Under the pieces are notes generated by a model. That model saw only the letters and a list, made by a program, of their open reading frames with translations. It searched no databases and was not told the origin of the DNA. A program made the translations under genes and the position numbers. A stretch of DNA of 64,000 nucleotides from an uncultured bacterium (lineage in GTDB: Bacteria > Verrucomicrobiota > Kiritimatiellia > CAIVKH01): NCBI GenBank assembly GCA_903906425.1, contig CAIVKH010000238.1, positions 4,444 through 68,443 of the forward strand, in the 5' to 3' direction. Shown piece by piece: positions 56,367 to 64,000 of the stretch; position 1 is the stretch's first letter, and every line of letters begins with the position of its first letter.

Positions 56367-56445
56367 TTCCAAGGATTGGAACTTTGCGCTGCGAAGTCCT
56401 CCAATGATTGGAAGTTTGCGCGGGCGGAATTTCCAATGATTGGAA
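56367..56445. repeat. P15 triplet, 32-bp phase
   Basis: ttccaaGgattggaa at 56367-56381, Ctccaatgattggaa at 56399-56413, perfect copy at 56431-56445. Spacers ctttgcgctgcgaagtc and gtttgcgcgggcggaat. Confidence 0.9.
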
Positions 56446-56575
56446 AGGGGCGGAAACCGCGGCCCCGAAGGGCGACATCGGGGCAAACCTGAAGTGCGGG
56501 AGGGCCGCTTGACTTGAATCGGGCGTTGGCTAGTATCCGCGCCTCATTTTGAACGCCAACAACAGGAGAAATAAA

Positions 56576-59344
56576 ATGGCAAAATCAGCGCAAAGCGCGA
56601 AGAAACAGTACGTGTATTTTTATGGTTTCGGCAAGAAGCACACCGAGGGTGATGCTTCGATGAAGCCGATCCTCGGCGGCAAGGGCGCAAATCTCGCAGA
56701 GATGGCGCTGGCCGGCCTCCCGGTGCCCCCGGGCTTCACGATCTCGACGGAGGCGTGCGCCTACTATTCGAAGAACGGCAGCAAGTATCCGCCGGGTATG
56801 GTCGAGCAGGTCAAGTCGCAGCTCAAGAAGCTCGAGACGATGATGGGCAAGAAGCTCGGCGACGCGACCGATCCGCTGCTGGTTTCCGTCCGTTCGGGCG
56901 CGGCGATTTCGATGCCGGGCATGATGGACACGGTCCTCAACCTCGGCCTCACCGACAAGTCGGTGCAGGGTTTCATCAATAAGACCGGCAACGCGCGCAC
57001 GGGCTGGGATTGCTACCGCCGCTTCGTTGACATGTTCGGCGACGTGGTCATGGGCCCGACGACCGGCTTGAATCATCACGATTACGAAGTCGAGCTGACG
57101 CGCATCAAGCAGAAGTACGGCGCGAAGGAAGACACGGATCTGACGGCGGACCAGCTCAAGGAACTCGTCGAAATTTACAAGCGCGTTTATCAGCAGAAGG
57201 TCAAGAAGCCGTTCCCGCAGGATCCGTGGGAACAGCTTGATCTCTCCATCCAGGCCGTGTTCGGCTCCTGGAATTCCGAGCGCGCTGAAAAATATCGCAT
57301 CATCAACAAGGTGTCGGGTCTGCTCGGCACGGCCGTGAACATCTGCTCGATGGTGTTCGGCAACATGGGCGACACGTCCGGCACGGGCGTCGCGTTCACG
57401 CGCAACGGCGCGACCGGCGAAGTCACGCCGATGGGCGAATATCTGATCAACGCGCAGGGCGAAGACGTCGTCGCGGGCATCCGCACGCCGAAGAATCTCG
57501 AAGAGATGGTCAACGAGGAAAATCCGATCTGGAAGAATGCTTCGAAGCAGTTGCATGAAATCATGCACAAGCTCGAGCGCCACTACAAATATCCGCAGGA
57601 TGTCGAGTTCACCGTCGAACAAGGCAAGCTGTGGATGCTGCAAACCCGCAACGCCAAGCGCACCGGCCTCGCCGGCGTCCGCTGGGCCTGCGAAATGGCG
57701 ACGGGCAAGGATTTCTTCACGGGCAAAAAGCAGGACAAGATCCTGACCGCGCAGGAAGCCATCAATTCCGTCAGCGGCGCGGACCTCGAACAGTTGCTCT
57801 TCCCGATTTTCAATCTGGAAGAAGAAGCGAAAGCGACGAAGCTCGCGTCCGGACTTCCCGCCGGCCCCGGCGCTGCCGTCGGCAAAATCTGCTTCTACGC
57901 GCACGACGCGGAAGCGCTCGTCAAGGCCAACGCCAACGAGAAATTGATTCTCGTCCGTCACGAAACCTCGCCCGAAGATGTCGGCGGAATGTGGGCTGCC
58001 CAGGGCATCCTCACCTCCACCGGCGGCATGACCTCGCACGCGGCCGTCGTGGCCCGCGGCTGGGGCAAATGCTGCATCGCCGGCGCGAGCACGGTCCGCA
58101 TTGATTACGATGCCAAGACGATCACCGTCGGCGACAAGGTCCTCAAAGTCGGCGACTGGATCAGCCTCAACGGTTCGACCGGCATCGTCTATCTCGGCCA
58201 GATTCCGACCGACGCCAGCCCGGTGGTTTCCGCCGTGGTCGATGGCAACGCGGGCGCGAAGAAGCACGCGATCTACAAGATGTACCAGCAGATCAGCGCC
58301 TGGTCCGACCAGTTCCGCAAGATGAACGTCCGCACCAACGCCGACACGCCGAAAGACGCCGTCAACGCGCGTAACTTCGGCGCGGAAGGCATCGGACTGT
58401 GCCGCACAGAGCACATGTTCTTCGAAGGCGACCGCATCTGGGCCAAGCGCGAATTCATTCTCGCCGAGACCAAGGAAGCCCGCGAAAAGGCGCTCACCAA
58501 GTTGCTGCCCTATCAGCGCGCCGACTTCGAAGGCATCTTCCAGGCGATGGACGGCCTGCCCGTCACCATCCGCCTGCTCGACCCGCCGCTGCACGAATTC
58601 CTCCCGCACGACGACGAAGGCCAGGCCGAAATGGCCCGCCGCCTCGGCGTCAGCGTCGAGAAGGTCAGGCAGCGCGTCAAGCAGCTGCACGAAGCCAACC
58701 CGATGCTCGGCCATCGCGGCTGCCGCCTCTCGATCACCTATCCCGAGCTGATCGTCATGCAGACCACCGCGATCATCGAAGCGGCCTGCAACGTCGAGAA
58801 GAAGAAGATCAAGGTGCTGCCGGAAATCATGGTGCCGCTCGTGGGCAACAAGACCGAGCTGGACTTCTGCGAAAAGATCATCCGCGAAACCGCGAACAAG
58901 ATCATCGCGGCCCGCAAGTCGAAGGTGAAGTACATGGTCGGCACGATGATCGAAGTTCCTCGCGCCGCCGTCACCGCCGACCAGATCGCGGAGACCGCCG
59001 AGTTCTTCAGCTTCGGCACGAACGACCTCACGCAGATGACCCTCGGCTTCAGCCGCGACGACATCGGCACGTTCCTGCCGGATTATCTGACGCAAAAGAT
59101 TCTGCCGTTCGATCCGTTCGGCAGCCTCGACATCGCCGGCGTCGGCCAGCTCATTGAAATGGCCGTCAAGAAAGGCCGCGAGACGCGTCCTGGTATCAAG
59201 TGCGGCATCTGCGGCGAACACGGCGGCGACCCGAACTCCGTCAAGTTCTGCTACAAAGCCGGCCTGAACTACGTCAGCTGCTCCCCGTTCCGCGTGCCGA
59301 TCGCGCGACTGGCCGCGGCGCAAGCCGCGCTCGCGAAGAAATAA
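56576..59344 (+). CDS. ppdK: Pyruvate, phosphate dikinase
   Basis: GGKGANLAEM, GGMTSHAAVVARG (phospho-His), CRTEHMF, GICGEHGGDP. ATG at 56576 with SD aggag. Confidence 0.95.
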   Translation: MAKSAQSAKKQYVYFYGFGKKHTEGDASMKPILGGKGANLAEMALAGLPVPPGFTISTEACAYYSKNGSKYPPGMVEQVKSQLKKLETMMGKKLGDATDPLLVSVRSGAAISMPGMMDTVLNLGLTDKSVQGFINKTGNARTGWDCYRRFVDMFGDVVMGPTTGLNHHDYEVELTRIKQKYGAKEDTDLTADQLKELVEIYKRVYQQKVKKPFPQDPWEQLDLSIQAVFGSWNSERAEKYRIINKVSGLLGTAVNICSMVFGNMGDTSGTGVAFTRNGATGEVTPMGEYLINAQGEDVVAGIRTPKNLEEMVNEENPIWKNASKQLHEIMHKLERHYKYPQDVEFTVEQGKLWMLQTRNAKRTGLAGVRWACEMATGKDFFTGKKQDKILTAQEAINSVSGADLEQLLFPIFNLEEEAKATKLASGLPAGPGAAVGKICFYAHDAEALVKANANEKLILVRHETSPEDVGGMWAAQGILTSTGGMTSHAAVVARGWGKCCIAGASTVRIDYDAKTITVGDKVLKVGDWISLNGSTGIVYLGQIPTDASPVVSAVVDGNAGAKKHAIYKMYQQISAWSDQFRKMNVRTNADTPKDAVNARNFGAEGIGLCRTEHMFFEGDRIWAKREFILAETKEAREKALTKLLPYQRADFEGIFQAMDGLPVTIRLLDPPLHEFLPHDDEGQAEMARRLGVSVEKVRQRVKQLHEANPMLGHRGCRLSITYPELIVMQTTAIIEAACNVEKKKIKVLPEIMVPLVGNKTELDFCEKIIRETANKIIAARKSKVKYMVGTMIEVPRAAVTADQIAETAEFFSFGTNDLTQMTLGFSRDDIGTFLPDYLTQKILPFDPFGSLDIAGVGQLIEMAVKKGRETRPGIKCGICGEHGGDPNSVKFCYKAGLNYVSCSPFRVPIARLAAAQAALAKK

Positions 59345-59373
59345 TCCCGAAGCAAATCGCAAACTGAAAACGG

Positions 59374-59400
59374 CCCCGGATTCCCGGGGACGTTTTTTTT
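59374..59400 (+). terminator. Rho-independent terminator after ppdK
   Basis: Stem ccccgg/ccgggg with loop attc (59374-59389), followed by acg and T8 (59393-59400). Confidence 0.75.
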
Positions 59401-59409
59401 CATCGCGAC

Positions 59410-59521
59410 TTCCAACCATTGGAAAATCCCGGCGCGCAAACCTCCAATCATTGGAGAAATCCGGCGCACAGATTTCCAACCATTGGAAACTTTCGGGTGC
59501 GATGGTTTCCAATCATTGGAA
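59410..59521. repeat. P15 quadruplet, 32/32/33-bp phase
   Basis: ttccaaCcattggaa at 59410-59424, Ctccaatcattggag at 59442-59456, ttccaaCcattggaa at 59474-59488, perfect copy at 59507-59521. Confidence 0.9.
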
Positions 59522-59647
59522 GTGCCCTGAAATTTCCGCCGGCCCGGTGAGCGCGCCGCCGGATACGGAAGCGCGCCCCGCATCGCCGGCGGATTGACGC
59601 GGCCCGGCCGATGCGGCACGCTGAGACTTCAAACGAGGAAAAAAATC

Positions 59648-60457
59648 ATGTCATTGCTGAATAATAAAATTGCCGTCATCACCGGCGGCGCACAGGGGCT
59701 CGGCCAGGCGCTGACGGAGCGGCTCGCGGCGGAAGGCTGCAGCGTCGTCGCGGCCGACATGAAGGAACAACAACTCAGGGCCACCGCGGAGGACGTCGCG
59801 AAAAAGACGGGCCGCAAAATAATTCCCGTCGTCTGCAACGTCACCCTCGAGGCCGACGTCGAAAAACTTTTCGCCGCCGCAACGCAGAACTTCGGCCGCG
59901 TGGATGTCGTCGTCGCAAACGCCGCGATCCTGATCGCCGAGCCGATCGCCGAGGCCGACGCGGAAAAATGGCGCGCGGTGATGAATGTAAACCTGTTCGG
60001 AAATTTCCTGACGTTCAAACACGCCTGCAAAATCATGAAGGCGCAGAAATCCGGCTCGATCATCCAGATCAACTCCAAGAGCGGCAAAAAGGGCAGCGCG
60101 GCGAACTCCGCCTACGCGGCCAGCAAATTCGGCGGCATCGGCCTGGTTCAGTCCGTCGCGCTTGAAATGGCGAAGTTTGGCGTGCGCTGTAATGCGGTTT
60201 GCCCCGGCAATCTTCTCGAATCGCCGCTGTGGACCGACGAGAAGAACGGATTGTTCGTCCAGTACCTCCGCGCCGGAAAAGTTCCCGGCGCGCAGACGAT
60301 CGCCGACGTGAAGAAAGCCTACGAAGGCCAGGTCCCGCTCGGCCGCGGCTGCCGCTACGACGACATCGGCAACCTCGTCGTCTTTCTTGCGGGCGAGCTT
60401 TCGAACTACATGACCGGCCAGGCCATCAACGTCACCGGCGGCCAGGAAATGCGCTGA
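59648..60457 (+). CDS. Short-chain dehydrogenase/reductase, sorbitol-6-phosphate-dehydrogenase-like
   Basis: TGGAQGLGQAL (TGxxxGxG), NSKSGKKGSAANSAYAASKFGG (YxxxK), ...GQAINVTGGQEM. The layout recalls SrlD. Confidence 0.85.
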   Translation: MSLLNNKIAVITGGAQGLGQALTERLAAEGCSVVAADMKEQQLRATAEDVAKKTGRKIIPVVCNVTLEADVEKLFAAATQNFGRVDVVVANAAILIAEPIAEADAEKWRAVMNVNLFGNFLTFKHACKIMKAQKSGSIIQINSKSGKKGSAANSAYAASKFGGIGLVQSVALEMAKFGVRCNAVCPGNLLESPLWTDEKNGLFVQYLRAGKVPGAQTIADVKKAYEGQVPLGRGCRYDDIGNLVVFLAGELSNYMTGQAINVTGGQEMR

Positions 60458-60482
60458 TTCGCGGCCGCCCCCCGCGCAAAAA

Positions 60483-60529
60483 AATCCAATCATTGGAAAA
60501 TTTCGCGATCGAAACTTCCAATGATTGGA
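60483..60529. repeat. P15 pair (each copy 1 mismatch), 32-bp phase
   Basis: Atccaatcattggaa at 60483-60497 and ttccaatgattggaT at 60515-60529. Convergent gene ends on both sides. Confidence 0.85.
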
Positions 60530-60556
60530 TTTTTTCTTCGCCGGCTCGCGACAGTT

Positions 60557-62134
60557 TCAAGCTATTTGGGGAACGACGAACGGCGCGCGATAATTTCGCG
60601 TGAGCAGCTTGTCGGCGTCGGCGTTGCCGATGAATTTCTCGGTCTTCGGGTCGAGCTGCAGCGGGACGCCAAGCGCGACTTTGTCGCTGTTGATGTCCAC
60701 GCCGTTGGCTTCGAGGTGCGCGGCCATGCGGTCGAACGCCTCGCCGATTCCGCGCTGGCCCTTGAGCTGTTCGCGAATTTCGCCGGGCGCTTTTTTCGCG
60801 CCGAGTTTGTAGGAAATATTCGCGGTGTGGCACAACGCGCTTGAAATGTGCCCGCCGAGGATCGGCGCGGTCAGCAGCTTTTCGTTGCGCGCGCGGACCG
60901 CGGCGATCCAGTTTGCGTGATGGCCGCTTTCCGAGCCGCCGGAGAGATCGGGCTGGCCGGCCTCGCTGGCGCCCTTGTCGGAGAATTTCTTCATTTCCTT
61001 GCCATCCTTGTCGTACACGATGGCCTGCGAATAGCTGGGCACGACGACGTAGCCGCCTTCGCATTCGATGACGCAGCCGACCCTCGCGCTCTTGTACTTG
61101 TCCATGTTGTTTTCCCAGGTTTTGTCCTGGTATTGCTTCGCCTTGGGCAGTCCGCGGACTTCGAAGATCAGCGGGGCCTTCGCATAGTTCTGAAGGGTGA
61201 CGAAGGTGTTCGGCGTTTCCGCGTCGTCGCTGTAGCCGAAGCGCCCGCCGGCGCTGACAATGGCCGGCGCGAGTTCCGGTTCGCCGAGGAACCAGCGGCA
61301 GATGTCCATCTGATGAATGCCCTGGTTGCCGAGATCGCCGCCGCCGAAATTCCAGAACCAGTGCCAGTCGTAGTGAACCGGCCCGTTCGGTCCGTTGCGG
61401 TGCGGCGGATCGGTCGGCGCGGGACCGCACCAGATGTCGTAGTCAATGGTCTCGGGCACCTTCTGCGGGCCGCCGCACTGGCCGATGCTCTTGCGGGGCT
61501 TGTAGCAGAAGCCGCGCGAAACAAGGATTTTTCCGAGCGCGCCGGACTGGACATATTTCACGCCTTCCGCGATGCCGACGGAGGAGCGGCACTGCGTTCC
61601 GGTTTGGACAATCTTGCCGAACTTCTTCGCCGCCCCGGCGAGCTGCCGGCCTTCCCACACATTGTGCGAGACGGGTTTTTCCGTGTACACGTCCATGCCC
61701 GCCTGCATCGCCCATATCCCCGCTAGCGAGTGCCAGTGGTTCGGCGTCGCGATCGAAACCGCGTCGAGATCTTTTTTCTCAAGCAGTTTGCGGATGTCGG
61801 TGAACGCCTCGACGGTGACTCCCTTTTTCGAAAGCTCGGCAACCTTCTTGTCGAGCACGCTGTGGTCCACGTCGCACAGCGCGACGATGCGCACACCCTT
61901 GATCCTGCTGAGCGCGCCGATATGAGCCGCGCCCCGGCTGCGAAAACCGATCACCGCAACGCGAATATCCCCGTTCGCGCCGACGATCCGTTGCGCGGAG
62001 GTGGCCACCGAAGTTGGCGCGGTTGTCGTCACGCAGCCCGGCAGGCCCATTGCCGCCCCGGCGAGCGCGGCGGTTTTCAGGAAGTTGCGGCGCGTGGTTT
62101 TCTGTTCAGCAGACGGATTCAAATTTACGTTCAT
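60557..62134 (-). CDS. Gfo/Idh/MocA-family oxidoreductase with a twin-arginine signal
   Basis: N-terminus ...TRRNFLKTAALAGAAMGLPG, IRVAVIGFRSRGAAH Rossmann motif, long C-terminal domain. Confidence 0.85.
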   Translation of the reverse strand: MNVNLNPSAEQKTTRRNFLKTAALAGAAMGLPGCVTTTAPTSVATSAQRIVGANGDIRVAVIGFRSRGAAHIGALSRIKGVRIVALCDVDHSVLDKKVAELSKKGVTVEAFTDIRKLLEKKDLDAVSIATPNHWHSLAGIWAMQAGMDVYTEKPVSHNVWEGRQLAGAAKKFGKIVQTGTQCRSSVGIAEGVKYVQSGALGKILVSRGFCYKPRKSIGQCGGPQKVPETIDYDIWCGPAPTDPPHRNGPNGPVHYDWHWFWNFGGGDLGNQGIHQMDICRWFLGEPELAPAIVSAGGRFGYSDDAETPNTFVTLQNYAKAPLIFEVRGLPKAKQYQDKTWENNMDKYKSARVGCVIECEGGYVVVPSYSQAIVYDKDGKEMKKFSDKGASEAGQPDLSGGSESGHHANWIAAVRARNEKLLTAPILGGHISSALCHTANISYKLGAKKAPGEIREQLKGQRGIGEAFDRMAAHLEANGVDINSDKVALGVPLQLDPKTEKFIGNADADKLLTRNYRAPFVVPQIA

Positions 62135-62193
62135 GGTTTCCCTTTCATTCGCAGGTCAAATTCGCCGGACAACAAATACTTTCGCGCCGCAAT

Positions 62194-62240
62194 TTCCAAT
62201 CATTGGAAAACTGGATTGCTCAAACTTCCAATGATTGGAT
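62194..62240. repeat. P15 pair, 32-bp phase
   Basis: Perfect copy at 62194-62208. ttccaatgattggaT at 62226-62240. Spacer aactggattgctcaaac. Confidence 0.9.
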
Positions 62241-62267
62241 CTGCGCTGGCGGGCCGCCAGCGATTCA

Positions 62268-63347
62268 TCACCGCTGGACGCGCGCGTTGCCCTTCCAGAT
62301 GCTCCAGATCTGGTCTTCATCGGCGGGCTGCGCGTAATCGGTGAGGAACGTCGTCGCGAGCGCGCCGCTGGCCCAGCCGAACTGAATCCATTTTTCCGGC
62401 GCCCAGCCCTTGAGGATTGCGCAGAGCATCCCGCCGACGAATCCGTCGCCACCGCCGATGCGGTCGAGCACCGTGATGTCGCGCGGTTCGACGACGAACC
62501 ACTCGTCGCCCGCGGCCATGATCGCGCCCCAGAGGTGATGGTTCGTGTCCACGACTTCGCGCAGCGTCGTCGCGTAGGTCGAGGCATTCGGATACGCCTT
62601 TTTCACGCGGTTGATCATTTCCTTGAAACTCTCGATCTCCGCCTTGAGTCCTTTGCCGCCGGCTTCGGGGCCTTTGACGCCGAGACAGAGCTGAAAGTCT
62701 TCTTCGTTGCCGACGAGCACGTCGGAGACGCCCGCGATTTCGGCGAAGATGGCGGACAACTCCTTCTCGCGTCCCTTCCAGAACGTCGCGCGGTAATTCA
62801 GGTCGAACGAAATCTTCGTGCCGTATTTTTTCGCCGCGCGGGCGAGTTCGAGACAGAACTTGCTGGTCTCCGGCGACAACGCGCCGATCAGGCCCGACAG
62901 ATGGAGGATCTGAACGCCTTCCTTGCCGAAGATGCGGTCGAGATCGAAATCCTTCACGTTGAGCGTGCGGCCGACTTCGCCGGCGCGGTCGTTCCACACG
63001 CGCGGGCCGCGCGAACCGTAGCCGCTGTCGGCGATGTTGAATTGATGGCGAAACCCCCACGGTCCGCCTTGCGCGACTTCCGGCCCCTCGAAATCCATTC
63101 CGCGGCTGCGCAGGTTGTCCTTGATGATCTGCGCAATCGGGCTGCCCTTCACGAACGTCGTCAAAATTTTCACCGGCAATCCGAGATACGACGAAATGCT
63201 CGCCACGTTCGACTCCGCGCTGGTCGCCTGCATGATAAATGTTCCGCCCACATTCACCGGCTGACCGCCCGGCGGCGTAATGCGGATGCCCATGCTCGTC
63301 GGCACGACGAGCGCATATTTGCAATTCTTCTTCAGTTCGATTTTCAT
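62268..63347 (-). CDS. PfkB-family sugar kinase (2-dehydro-3-deoxygluconokinase-like)
   Basis: ...DRIGGGDGFVGGMLCAIL (PfkB signature 2). ATG at 63347 with SD aggaaaaa; the track start 63407 is probably an extension. Confidence 0.8.
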   Translation of the reverse strand: MKIELKKNCKYALVVPTSMGIRITPPGGQPVNVGGTFIMQATSAESNVASISSYLGLPVKILTTFVKGSPIAQIIKDNLRSRGMDFEGPEVAQGGPWGFRHQFNIADSGYGSRGPRVWNDRAGEVGRTLNVKDFDLDRIFGKEGVQILHLSGLIGALSPETSKFCLELARAAKKYGTKISFDLNYRATFWKGREKELSAIFAEIAGVSDVLVGNEEDFQLCLGVKGPEAGGKGLKAEIESFKEMINRVKKAYPNASTYATTLREVVDTNHHLWGAIMAAGDEWFVVEPRDITVLDRIGGGDGFVGGMLCAILKGWAPEKWIQFGWASGALATTFLTDYAQPADEDQIWSIWKGNARVQR

Positions 63348-63467
63348 GATTTTTCCTGGTTGGTTAAAGTTGACCTCAAACGTGTGAGGTCGTTGTTTTC
63401 GACGCAAGAAGATTTTTCAGCATCCACCCGGGAACCCGGTGCGGATCGGGCGCACCCGCAATCCACT

Positions 63468-63514
63468 TTCCAATGATTGGAACTTTGCGCCCCCGCAATT
63501 TCCAATCATTGGAA
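63468..63514. repeat. P15 pair, 32-bp phase
   Basis: Perfect copies at 63468-63482 (G) and 63500-63514 (C). Spacer ctttgcgcccccgcaat. Confidence 0.95.
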
Positions 63515-63524
63515 AACACGATGG

Positions 63525-64000
63525 TCACTTTTCGTCGCCGCGAAGTTCGGAGAGCGGGACGCGCAGGACTTCGACGGCTTCCTTCTGGCGCGAGACGATG
63601 ACGCAGAGGTGGCCGTCGTGAATCAGCGAATGCGGATAGCCGTATTCGCCGCCCTTGGCGCCGCCGGGCCGGCGCTGCGCGTAGCGCTCGCTGCCGAGGA
63701 TGAAGTGCCGGTCGAATTTGACGCCGTCGCGCGAGAGCGAGAGCACCAGCGGAGTGCGGCCGCCGCCGATGGGATTGCCGACGTAATAGAAACGTCCGTC
63801 AGGCAGCCGGCCGAAATGAAACTTCGCGTTGGTGTCGCTGAATTCCGTCTCGACGGGTTCCGACCACTTCGCGCCGTTGTCGCGGCTCTCGGTGAGCCAT
63901 AGCCGGCGCGTGTTCTTGCCGGCGGCGTTTCGCAGCAGCATATGCAAGGCGCCGTCGTCGGTCTGGAAAAACGAACCTTCGCACAGGCCCGCATCCCAGC
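63525..64000 (-). CDS. BNR/Asp-box (sialidase-like) glycoside hydrolase family protein, 3' part; 5' end beyond the window
   Basis: Asp-box-like SRDNGAKWS; ...GRLPDGRFYYVGNP..., LSLSRDGVKF. The frame stays open to nt 64000. Confidence 0.6.
   Translation of the reverse strand, partial: WDAGLCEGSFFQTDDGALHMLLRNAAGKNTRRLWLTESRDNGAKWSEPVETEFSDTNAKFHFGRLPDGRFYYVGNPIGGGRTPLVLSLSRDGVKFDRHFILGSERYAQRRPGGAKGGEYGYPHSLIHDGHLCVIVSRQKEAVEVLRVPLSELRGDEK

Noticed and set aside
56585-59512. 975-aa minus-strand ORF
   Set aside because: Antisense shadow of ppdK, which has unambiguous PPDK motifs on the plus strand.

Overview
High-GC chromosomal segment, probably from a PVC-superphylum bacterium (Verrucomicrobiota, Planctomycetota, Lentisphaerota or similar). 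That guess is an inference from a DUF1559 prepilin-like protein, a sulfatase, Tat-signal Gfo/Idh/MocA enzymes and a BNR/sialidase-like protein. All functions were assigned by reading motifs in the supplied translations; no database search was run. I found no rRNA, tRNA, CRISPR array, transposase or integrase.

Gene content:
- Housekeeping genes: pyrF, pyrC, argS, hemW, eno, ftsB, ppdK and a 2-oxoacid dehydrogenase E1a/E1b/E2 operon.
- A minus-strand envelope operon with two ArnT-like GT39 paralogues and a GT9 heptosyltransferase.
- A 26-kb plus-strand polysaccharide locus (about 25.5-51.6 kb), tightly translationally coupled. It encodes many GT4/GT2 transferases, Wzx, a Wzy-like protein, a DegT aminotransferase, an AsnB-like amidotransferase, a CapK/PaaK-like ligase, two DUF362 proteins, three methyltransferases and two acetyltransferases. 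It ends in an exosortase-like protein and an EpsI-like protein.

Main signal: an AT-rich 15-bp perfect palindrome, TTCCAATSATTGGAA (called P15 here).
- It occurs at 21 loci, 45 copies in total, of which 32 are perfect by my manual count.
- Copies are always in tandem sets of 2-4 with a 32-bp (rarely 33-bp) phase.
- The 17-nt GC-rich spacer has a directional consensus.
- Sets mostly sit at gene boundaries. Two are embedded in frame in glycosyltransferase genes (an ArnT-like GT39 and a GT4), and a third sits in the N-terminal region of the CapK-like ligase ORF. One donates a stop codon.

Other oddities:
- A 12 x 21-bp degenerate array that reads as heptad repeats.
- A G12 tract just upstream of a beta-helix surface protein gene.
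- An exosortase homologue that lacks the expected catalytic Cys.
- An EpsI-like protein with a Cys4 insert.
- A roughly 1-kb low-GC ORF fused onto the pyrC stop codon.
- A HEPN-type gene fragment at the left edge of the window.
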